A stretch of DNA of 64,000 nt, taken from contig MU053810.1 in NCBI GenBank assembly GCA_013239625.1, positions 1,623,518 to 1,687,517 of the forward strand. Reading direction: 5' to 3'. The position numbers and the translations under genes were made by a program. Origin of the DNA: Lama guanicoe. Lineage: Eukaryota. Below are positions 30,890-40,160 of this stretch, piece by piece. The first letter of the stretch is position 1. Every line of letters begins with the position of its first letter. The notes beneath the pieces were generated by a model. The model was not told the DNA's origin and did not search any database. It saw nothing but the letters and a program-made list of their open reading frames with translations.

Positions 30890-31100
30890 ACACGGGGACT
30901 GAGAAGCAGGCTGCCTGGATGTGAGTCCCTGCTGTTGCCAACTACAAGCTGGGGGACTCAAAGTGTGTCCGTTACTCTCTGTTAATCGCTTTCCTCAGCT
31001 GTAAAATGGAAATGATCATAGTACCCGCTTTCTAAGGTCATCATTAGAATGGAATGACAACATCTGTACAGTGCTTAGGGCAGAGGCTGGCACCGTGTTA
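30890..31100 (+). mobile_element. MIR SINE remnant
   Basis: tttcctcagctgtaaaatggaaatgatcatagtacc..acagtgcttagggcagaggctggcac. Confidence 0.7.
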
Positions 31101-31554
31101 CAGATGTCTGTTAAGACTGATATTAAACATCTTCATGCAAACATTTTACCTTGAAAACAGTCATTTTCCAGTGACAGGAAAGAAGGGAGGATAGATGACA
31201 ATCAACTGAGGCAAGGGAGGGCCTTTTCAGACTGTAAAGGAGAAGCTCATAGGAAAGCTTCTCCTGCTCTGCCCTGTGTGAGGATCCCCGGTCAAGGAAG
31301 TAACCACAGGGTCATTGCCCACAGGTGTACTGGGGCTGCAAAGAGGTTTTGCAAACCATGGCTTTAAAGGTGCTCAGCTAGGAGGCACCTCCATCCTTTA
31401 CTTCCTTAAATGGAAAATGTCAGGTCAAATGAGTGCTACCAGGGAAGTGAGAAGATGTTATCCAGAATCAAGTCTGTTTATCCTTTTAACCCATTTCACG
31501 CATGTCAGAGCTTCCTTGCAGCACTGTTTTTGAGTCTCAAAGACCATTTATATG

Positions 31555-31712
31555 ACATAAAGCCTGACCCTGGAGCAGTCACAGCAGAACTGGGAGCTTG
31601 TTTGAAAGGCAGAATTTTAGCCCCTTTCCCCTCCAGACCTACCGAATCAGAATCTGAACTTGAACAAGAACCCGAAGTGATCGCCGTGTAGACTTCGGTT
31701 TAAGAAGCCTGG
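31555..31712. mobile_element. MER5A-like DNA transposon remnant
   Basis: gggagcttgtttgaaaggcagaatt..ccagacctaccgaatcagaatctg..aacaag..gtgat. Confidence 0.65.
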
Positions 31713-33299
31713 TAGAATTCACTGCCTCGCTTCCCGAGCAGTGTGAGAAATTCAGAAGTGAATTCTTCTAGGTCTCCCCTCTCCCTACCTACCCTCCAAG
31801 GGCTTCCTTATGAAATCCTGTTTTACTTTCTTGTGCCCTTGAACAGTCTTATGCTCTGAACTCTGCATGAATGGTATTCATGTAACTAATTTGAAAAAGT
31901 CTCAAAGCATCCAAGTATAGGCTAGCTACCATGAGCCCAGTGTTGCTGGAAAGCGAGCAGTGTGAGAGGTCGAAAGTTAGGATGATAGTTCACTTAATCT
32001 CCAGTTCATACGAGCAAGCGTCAGGTACCTGAAAAATGTTTACATGTTGTTTTCTAATTTATGAACAGTCCCAATGCAGAGTGTCATTCAATATGCAGGG
32101 TTAATTAAGTTCTCAGTTCTGTTAAGAAAAAAGTGCTGAAGCAGTTAGAATTTCTAACTTGGAAAATCAATGCAATTGATGGGCTTTATTTCTAAAAGAA
32201 GCCAGTCCCTTGCCTGCATATTTGCATATTGATTAGCCCCTTTCCATGAACATTTTGATCTTTTAATTAGGTTTCCAGTGTTTTCAGTCACTGGATTAAT
32301 GATCCATGTCCTGTTCGCTCCTCCCCAAGTGTGAGAGTTGGTTAACACTGCATTTTATAAAAAAAACTCCTACATGATAACAGTGTTTTGAATTATCCTG
32401 CCCACAGCAGCTATTTTGTTTCTGGAATATTCTCAGCCCATTTACGGCCTGGAAACAGGATCTTAATTTAGGGTACATCGAAAGAAGCTTTCACTGGTGG
32501 TGTCCTCATGTAAATGCCTCTCCAGAGTTCATTTTCTCTCTTTAATAGCAGCTTGTCATAAAAACGCGATGATTTAAATTTCTCTATATCTGTATCTCCA
32601 TACACATTCGTGTATATACTCATATTTATATCACTGTACTATCTTTCACTTTGTGTTACTTTTATAAGTGAATATATTTGCTAAATAGGCGAATAAACCA
32701 GTGAAAGGCAATTACCATTAAGAATTATTTAAAAAAAAATTGTTCCATAAGTTTAGAAGATTGGCCCCTGGATCCATCCTTGGAGGATAAGAAATGGAAG
32801 CATCAGATCCTCAGATGTGCAAAAAGAAGTTTGTTGAGGCTGCGCCCATCCTCCGGTGAGAAGGGCCCCGCCTTGTTGCCATCAGACCACAGTGGCGTGG
32901 GGCTCAGACTGGCTCCACCCAGCCTGGCCCTGTGAGCCTCGTCCCCAGGATCCGGTGCATTGCATCTGAGAGGACAGCTCTGTAACTTTCCTCCAGTTTT
33001 CTTTTTTGTGTGTGGCTTTGCCTCAGGCACCTGAGAGTTTTCTAGCTGTGTTTCATTATTATTACATTGTAAAGAAAATTATGTCTACCGAGAACAAAAA
33101 CACGAAATCACTGACAATGTTAAGAGTGTAGGTAAGAAACACACTTAAAGAAGGCCTGATAAGGTGGGGAAAAGATCGTCTGTACAGAAGAAGGAAGATA
33201 GAAGAATAAATAGTCAAACCATAAGCGTTTTGAAGTCAAGCCTGTTTGGATTGGCATCCTGACTCCACTGCTTCTAGTGGTTTGAACTCACTGTATGTC

Positions 33300-33895
33300 C
33301 TTTTTTGTAAAGTTTTGTTTCGAAATAATTTCAGGCTTATAAAAAGCAGGCAAAAACGATTGAAAGAGTTCCCACATAGCTTTCACCTAGCTTCCCCAAA
33401 TATTAAACCTTACATACTCATGGCACAATTATCAATACCAAGAAATTAACGTTGGTTCTATACTCTTTAATCTACAGGCCTTATTCGTATTTTGCTAATT
33501 GTCCCCAAAGTATCCTTTTTCCTAATCAGAATCCAATCCAGGACCCACATTGCATTTATCTGTCAAACCCCGTACTTATACAATGATCCTGATTTCGGGT
33601 TTGTCTGCTGCTCCTTCATGAGTAAACACAGGTCTCTGTTTTTGGCATGAATATCCCAGGAATGGTGTTTTTGTTCTTCTTTGTGCATCACGTCAGGAGG
33701 TACCTGATGTCTGCGTCGCTCCTTACTGGTGATGTTAACTTTGATCACCTGCTTAAGGTGATGTCTGCCAGATTCGGGTTCTTCACTGTAAACACTGTTT
33801 TTCCTTTTGTTATATCCAAGTATCTTTCTGGGAACTACTTTGTCCATCCTGTTTCTTGTCATACTTTCACCTTTAATTTTAGCATTCATACTTGC
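33300..33895 (-). mobile_element. Old L1 (L1MC-like) 3' region
   Basis: gaaataatttcaggcttataaaaag..atccaatccaggacccacattgcattta..ggtgatgttaactttgatcacctgcttaaggtgatgtctgccag. Confidence 0.75.
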
Positions 33896-35210
33896 TAAAT
33901 GCAGGCAAAATACTTAGCATAATGTCACATCTTAAATGCTAATTCTGTTCTAACACCAGTGAATACAGTAATTACGGTTATTTTAATATAACAAAAATGA
34001 GGACATCATAACATTGCTAAGGAACATAATGTCTTATTGTGATATGAGTCTATTAGAAAAGCAATTTGTCTACATTGGAGTTAGAAACAAAATATATCAA
34101 ATCATTTCCATCTATTTATTAGGAATTAAATAGGGAGCTATTTTTGTTTAGGAAACTAGTTTTAAGGAACTAGTGCTTTGCCAGACATCTTCATGTACGT
34201 AATATAATATTAACTGTCATTGACTCCTTTGACTCAGTGCTTATGAAGGCCCAGGTGTCATCTCGTCATTTGATCCTTTAAATAACCCTTTGAAGAAATG
34301 TCTTGACTACAGATGAGCAAATGATGTCTTAAAGAGGTTAAAGAATTTATGAGATCACACAGCTCCTCAGTACCAAAGCTGGGTTGTAACCGCTAGTCTG
34401 ACTCCAAAACCATGCTAGATCACTGAAAAATTAGGAAAGAACCATTGAAAATTTAAAAATGAAGCTCCGTCTAGTTCCACTAAAAGAAGATTGTAAAATA
34501 TGTCTTATGGTTAACAAAGGAGTAAGTTGCAGTAATCTATTTTAAGCATTTACAGGTGAATGAATTTTATGTAGACCTTATTCAGGTTCAAGAAAGTCAA
34601 TTGTTCTGTGCATTATGGAAGACTTTATCACATCTCAATTAAAAATTAAACTTATCTGTAATTACTTATAAAAAGTTATCTAGTAAGGATGATTATTCAA
34701 TCATTTTTATTTATTAGAGATATAAATATTACTGGAAAGAAGATAATTTATTCAGGTATTTCAGATGAAAGCTAGGACCACTAGAAGTATCCATGTAAAT
34801 AACCAAAAGGTATTTTTTCCTTAAAATTTGAAGTTCCTCTCAAAGTGAATACTTGGCATAAATAAATAAACTGAAACTGATACAGCTCCAATTTATTTGG
34901 TCTACTTTTTGAAATTGTCTTTGAAAAAATTGCACAAATATCACTTAGCCGGTCATCATCATCATCCCATCTATTCGCCAGGCTCAAGGTGCAAACATAT
35001 GCCCCTCACACATGAAATTATTTGCATGATTAAAAATAGGATGTTAAAATGTATTTATAGAAATTAATGATTAACCCATGAATTCATTCTTACATAACTG
35101 GGTACTGCCTGCATTCTCTGGACCCTTTGCTGTCATGGACTTGAGAGATTAGCAATTAGTGAAAAGATGAGTTACTTCTATTTTTTTTCCCACAAGCTGC
35201 TTTTATCAAG

Positions 35211-35223
35211 ATTATACCTTATA
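35211..35223 (+). repeat. 5' target-site duplication of the retrocopy (ATTATACCTTATA)
   Basis: Identical 13-mer at 37715-37727. Confidence 0.95.
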
Positions 35224-35244
35224 GGCTCTCTTTTGCTGGGTCAC

Positions 35245-35550
35245 TGGGGTCGGCTTGGGTCGCCGGCGCTCCCGCTCTCCTGCCCCCGCCACCCGCCGCG
35301 GGGGCCTTTGCCGCCGCCGCCGCGTGGCTTCCTGGAGCCCTTGCGTCGCGCATCCTCCCCAGCGCAGCGCCGGGACCACCCCGCCGCAGGCGTGAGCCGG
35401 CCCTCGGGCCGCCGCGACACCGTGGACCCTCAGGTGCCCACCCCTCAGTGCGTCAGGCCCGCCTCGGCAGCCGCCCGCGCTGCTGCCGCCCTCGGCCACG
35501 GGTCCCGGCGCGAGACCCGTCCTTCGCTCACGCCATGCAGTTGCAGACGG
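35245..35550. promoter_or_regulatory. Small CpG island derived from KHDRBS1 exon 1
   Basis: About 45 CpGs in ~300 bp (hand count), very GC-rich within AT-rich, CpG-poor flanks. Regulatory activity not shown. Confidence 0.7.
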
Positions 35551-36434
35551 CAGAAACTGAGAAGACTCAGAAAGGAGATTCAAAAAAGGACGATGAGGAG
35601 CATTACTTGGATGTATTTTCTCACTGGAACATGAAGCTGAAGGAGCGGGTGCTGATACCTGCCAAGCAGTATCTCAAGTTCAGTTTTGCGGGGAAGATCC
35701 TTGGACCACAAGGGAATACAATCAAAAGCCTGCAAGAAGAGACTGGTGCAGAGATTTCTGTGTTGGGCAAGGGCGCAGTGAGAGGCAAAGCCAAGGACGA
35801 GGAGCCACGCAGAGGTGGAGACCCCAAATACGCCCATTTGAACATGGATCTGCATGTCTTCATTGAATTCTTTGGATCCCCATATGACGCTTATGCTCTT
35901 ATGGCCCATGCTGTGGAGGAAGTCAAGAAGTTTCTAGTACCAGATACGATGGATGATATCTGCCAGGAGCAGTTTCTAGAGCTTTCCTACCTGAGTGGAG
36001 CACCAGAGAGCTCTCGCGGACGTGGAGTGCCAGTGAGAGGCCGGGGAGCGGCACCTCCTCCACCTGTTCCACGGGGCCGTGGTGTTGGACCACCTGGGGG
36101 GGCTTTAGTGCGTGGTACACCAGTGAGAGGAGCCATCACCAGAGGTGCCACTGTGACTGGAGGAGTGCCCCCCCCACCTGCTGTGAGGGGTGCTCCAGCA
36201 CCAAGAGTCCAGCCGGCATCCAGAGAATGCCTTTGCCTCCACCCACTGCACCAGAAACATACGAAGAATATGGATACGATGATACATATGCAGAGCAGAG
36301 TTACCAAGGCTACGAAGGCTCCTACAGCCAGAGCTAAGGGGACTCAGAATATTATGACTATGGACATGGGGAGGTTCAAGATTCTTATGAAGCATATGGC
36401 CAAGATGACTGGAATGGGACCAGGCCATCGCTGA
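35535..36434 (+). CDS. Residual 299-aa ORF in the KHDRBS1 retrocopy (partial QUA1, KH, QUA2, RG/Pro, then frameshifted tail); translation unproven
   Basis: ATG at 35535 in context cacgccATGc, part of ORF-track entry 35448..36434. GXXG loop GPQG intact, but about 30 replacements versus recalled Sam68. Confidence 0.3.
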   Translation: MQLQTAETEKTQKGDSKKDDEEHYLDVFSHWNMKLKERVLIPAKQYLKFSFAGKILGPQGNTIKSLQEETGAEISVLGKGAVRGKAKDEEPRRGGDPKYAHLNMDLHVFIEFFGSPYDAYALMAHAVEEVKKFLVPDTMDDICQEQFLELSYLSGAPESSRGRGVPVRGRGAAPPPPVPRGRGVGPPGGALVRGTPVRGAITRGATVTGGVPPPPAVRGAPAPRVQPASRECLCLHPLHQKHTKNMDTMIHMQSRVTKATKAPTARAKGTQNIMTMDMGRFKILMKHMAKMTGMGPGHR

Positions 36435-37681
36435 AGGCCCCTCCAGCTAGGCCAGTGAAGGAAGCATACAGACAACACCCATATGGACGTTATTAAAAAC
36501 AAACATGAGGGGAAAATATCAGTTATGAGCAAAGTTGTTACTGATTTCTTGTATCTCCCAGGATTCCTGTTGCTTTACCCACAAACAAGTCATTGTCTAA
36601 GTGTTTTTCTTCGTGGTCCCTTTCTTCTCCCCAGCTTATTACTCCATTCTTAACTCTGCATTCTGGCTTCTGTATGTAGTATTTTAAAATGAGTTAAAAT
36701 AGATTTAGGAATATCGAATTAATTTTTTAAGTGTGTAGGTGCTTTTTTCCTTTGTTGTTTAAATATAAACAGAAATGTACCTTTTATAATAAAAAAGAAG
36801 TTGAGTTAAAAAAAAAAAAACCCCACAAAACCTGTTAGTTTCAAAAGTGGCGTTGCTTGCTTAAAGGTTCTGAAGTTAAGGCTTGGTAACTTCCTCTTAG
36901 TTTTGATTTGAGGCATCCCGTAAAGCTGTAGTTGCAGAATCCCAAACTAGGCCACATTTCAAAATTCAGGGCTGTGTAAGATTTAAAAGCACAAACGTTA
37001 ATGGCAGCAGGTGCCACCACGTAAAAGTAAGCTCAGACGTCTCTAAGAATGTTTCCTTTAAAAAAGCACATGGCGGTTGAATCTTAAGGTTAAATTTTAA
37101 TATGAAAGATCCTCATGAATTAAATAGTTGATGCAATTTTTAACGTTAATTGATTTTAAAAACAACAACAAAGTCAGGTTTGTAAAATTGACATTTTCAT
37201 TGTGTGGGTTTTGAAATCTAGCCCCAGACATACGGTGTTGAGAGATACTTAGTGGGAAGTAGGTTTTGAACAGGTTGATTTGGGGAGAGGAGCTGGCCAC
37301 CTGAATTGAATTTGATGCAGAACTTTTTAGTCACAAACAACCTTTCAGTAATAGTACTAATACTTAAAATTTATGTATTGAAAAAGACAAAATATTTTGT
37401 CCATCTGAGATTCTACACTCCATGAAAAAAAGCTCACTTGGACATTGGGGCCAAAAGCTGATAATGTTCCTAAGTTGACAGTTGTCAATATTGAACTGTT
37501 CCCAAGGTAGTTAGTCAAGTATGTCTCAACACTAGCATGATATAAAAAGGGACATGGCAGCTGAATGAAAAAGGAATCAAAATCCACTTTGTACATAAGT
37601 TAAAGTCCTAGCTGGATTTGTACCGTCCTCCCATTTCATTCTTGGAAGATTAAAATGTCAAAATGTCTGCAGCAGTTTGTC

Positions 37682-37687
37682 AATAAA
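37682..37687 (+). terminator. Polyadenylation signal AATAAA of the retrocopied mRNA
   Basis: About 20 nt upstream of the A-tail. Another AATAAA at 36788-36793 precedes an internal A run. Confidence 0.75.
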
Positions 37688-37714
37688 ATTTAGTCCTTTT
37701 TTAATAAAAAAAAA

Positions 37715-37727
37715 ATTATACCTTATA
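37715..37727 (+). repeat. 3' target-site duplication of the retrocopy (ATTATACCTTATA)
   Basis: Directly follows the A-tail and is identical to 35211-35223. Confidence 0.95.
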
Positions 37728-38769
37728 AAGATGCCATAAAGGCTGAGGGAAGCAAAAAAGTGTAGTTTTATTACTGTAAATAAGGAGCTGTCTTAAAACA
37801 AAGGCAGTTTTTATTAAAGACATTTTAAACAGCTTTTAGGATTATAAATGCCCACTCCAGATTCTCATCTCTCATTAGGAGGTTTCTGTCTTCAAGGCCT
37901 TATGGGCACTTACTAATTAATTTATCTCTGTAATACCACTGAGAAACAGGCAAACAAGTTAAACTGGAATCGCATTTACATAGGATTATAATTCCTGTGT
38001 TATTAAAAACGAATTAGCCGAGCTCATAATACTTAGTCAGAAACCAGACAGCAACAGGCACAAGAAAAATACGTGAAAGAGACAATAAGAGGTGTGGCCG
38101 CACTTAGCAATCTTTGAGTCTGGTTCTAATTTCTTCTAATAGTCTGTTCCCAACATGATTTCATGGGGCATGTCATGATCCGGTTTTAAAAGTCACAGTC
38201 ACATATGGCTGTACCTGCCATCAGTTTGCAAAGACCGCCTAAAATCTATTTATAGACTTCTACAAAGTCTTCAAACAGTGTTTCATAAACTTATTCCCCG
38301 TGTGATACTTCCTATGCTTGGCTCAAAATTATGACACGCCTCCTTTCAAATAGTTAACTTTTCTGCAGAATGTAAGGCATTAGCGAATTCAGTTGATCTT
38401 ATTTATGTCACATACCCTTTTTACAGTTTCACTTCTGAGTTTTTATTTTGTATTTGTTTGCCCAGATTGGTAATTAATTTACTATATCTTCACATGACAA
38501 TTTTCCTAAACCCTTTTCTCTTTTATATTTCTTATGGGATGAGATCCAAGATAGAAAAATATTCAAGGTATGGTAATTACGCCAATTAAGTAAACTAAAT
38601 TTCAGTATTATGTTTCTTTTTGTTTACAGTACCTTTTTGTGACAATGTGCAGGGTTCTGTTAGCCTTTCTGGTTGTGGAAGAGTCCTTTGCTACATGTAC
38701 AATGAAGGTTTTTTTAAAAAAATTTTTATTATGTACTTAAAGGATGTATAATTAATTAGTGACACAGCA

Positions 38770-39175
38770 AGTCCTCTCACACCTAACTGAAATAGCTCTT
38801 CTTCCAGTATTCATCATCTCAGTTGGTGGATTATGGTCCACTGGTCACCCAGCTAGAAACCTGTTCTTTATTCTAGACTGCTGTCCCTCACTCCCAGCTT
38901 TTATGTGAATTAATCACATAGCTTCTGGTAGGTCTTTTTAAAGAGTTTCAGTGCCATCTCCTCTAGGTTAGGTGCTGCCATCTCTAGGTTCTTACTCTGC
39001 CTCTGCCTAGTCCCTATTTGCTTATCCTTCTGTGATGCTCTTCCACACCACCTTCTGAACTGCTTGAAGGAAGAAACTGGGCGGGGCTTACTGTTTGATG
39101 CTCTGGCTCTGATTTAGTGCCTGGTATATACAGGTGTTGAGTAAATGATTTTTGACTGGATGAACAAATGAGTGA
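38770..39175 (+). mobile_element. L2 LINE remnant
   Basis: ccagctagaaacctg.. ending gtgcctggtatatacaggtgttgagtaaatgatttttgactggatgaacaaatga. Confidence 0.55.
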
Positions 39176-39679
39176 AGAAATAAAACTTCCCTTTAGCTCC
39201 CCCTCAACGTCTATTTTATAAACCATACTAAGACAACACAATGATCCAATTAGCCAAGGGTAATTATATCGAATATATAATATTTTAGCTTCAAAGTGCC
39301 TCATGAAATTCTAGTGCTTAACCGCTTTTGTTCATGTTTTAGTAATGTGCGTGTGTCTGTGTGTATGTGTTTTAAGGGAGGATGATAATAATGTTCAAAA
39401 ATTTGCCTTTAAATGTGACACTTGTTATCACTTTATGGTTAATATCTCAGTGATTAAGAGCATTACCTTCGTTGTCTTCCAAACCCGGGTTCAAATTTTA
39501 GTTTCCCTCTTGGGCTATTCTTAACGACTCTGATGCTGAGTTAGTTTCACTTTGAAGCAGTTAGATCTGAACCCCAGGCGACCGTTTTATGTCTGCGTGT
39601 ATATATAAAGAGTGCTAGGTGAAACCCAGTCCGAACTATAACTTGAGCTAAGAAGTCACGATAAGACTCTGAGGGTGTG

Positions 39680-40160
39680 ACGCTTAGTGGTCCCTGTGGA
39701 CACTTTGCCCCATATCCCTTCCGCCTCCCTGAGTTCACCTGAAACTGTGGGAGGCACTTTCTAACATACTAGCAACTTCCCAGATGAAGTTCTGGGTCTC
39801 TTCTTCCTGCCTGAAGCTGCAAGCAAGGCAAGGATGTCCCTGGGGAAGAGCGGAGTCAGTTGACCCTGGGAGCAACCTTTGATCAACAGGAGATGGGAGT
39901 TGCTGGATAAATGTCCTAGCCTCCTGACCTCCAGTGAAATGTTCTGAGGCATGTTTTCCCTGCTGTTTCCCACAGAGTCTCCAAGGGGAGACCTGGCCAT
40001 AGTGGCAACACACCCAGTAACATACCTGTGACTGTTTTTCTCTTTTCCTTGTCTCACTTTCCCTGCTTACTTTAGCTGATGCTTCCTAGGATCACCTGCC
40101 AAACAAACCATCTGCTCCAAGTCCTTATGTCAGGTTTAGGGTACCAACCAAGCTAAGCCA
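39680..40160 (+). mobile_element. ERVL solo LTR (LTR16-like)
   Basis: ttccctgct..gcttcctaggatcacctgccaaacaaacca..aagtccttatgtcagg..aaccaagctaagc. Confidence 0.6.

Larger units (their letters stand above)
35224..37714 (+). pseudogene. KHDRBS1: Processed pseudogene/retrocopy of KHDRBS1 (Sam68): 5'UTR, intronless CDS, ~1.2 kb 3'UTR, poly(A)
   Basis: KH/STAR peptide (GKILGPQGNTIK..LHVFIE..EEVKKFLVPD..DDICQEQFLELSYL), RG/Pro region, and Tyr-rich tail ending ..HPYGRY-TAA (36494-36496) in a shifted frame. No introns. AATAAA at 37682-37687, A-tail 37706-37714, TSD ATTATACCTTATA on both sides. Lesions: start ATG lost (~35362), frameshifts at ~35428 and ~36208, TAA at 36335-36337 in the ancestral frame. 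Confidence 0.97.

Noticed and set aside
35212..36532. Antisense and alternative-frame ORFs over the retrocopy (e.g. 35212..35583 -, 35580..35909 -, 35987..36307 -)
   Set aside because: Shadow ORFs of a GC-rich coding-derived sequence with no independent homology.
36788..36820. Internal AATAAA plus A13 as the end of the retrocopy
   Set aside because: UTR-like sequence continues for another ~0.9 kb and the TSD follows the distal tail at 37715.
35224..37714. The functional KHDRBS1 gene itself
   Set aside because: Intronless, has TSD and poly(A), has lost its start codon and carries frameshifts and a nonsense codon.
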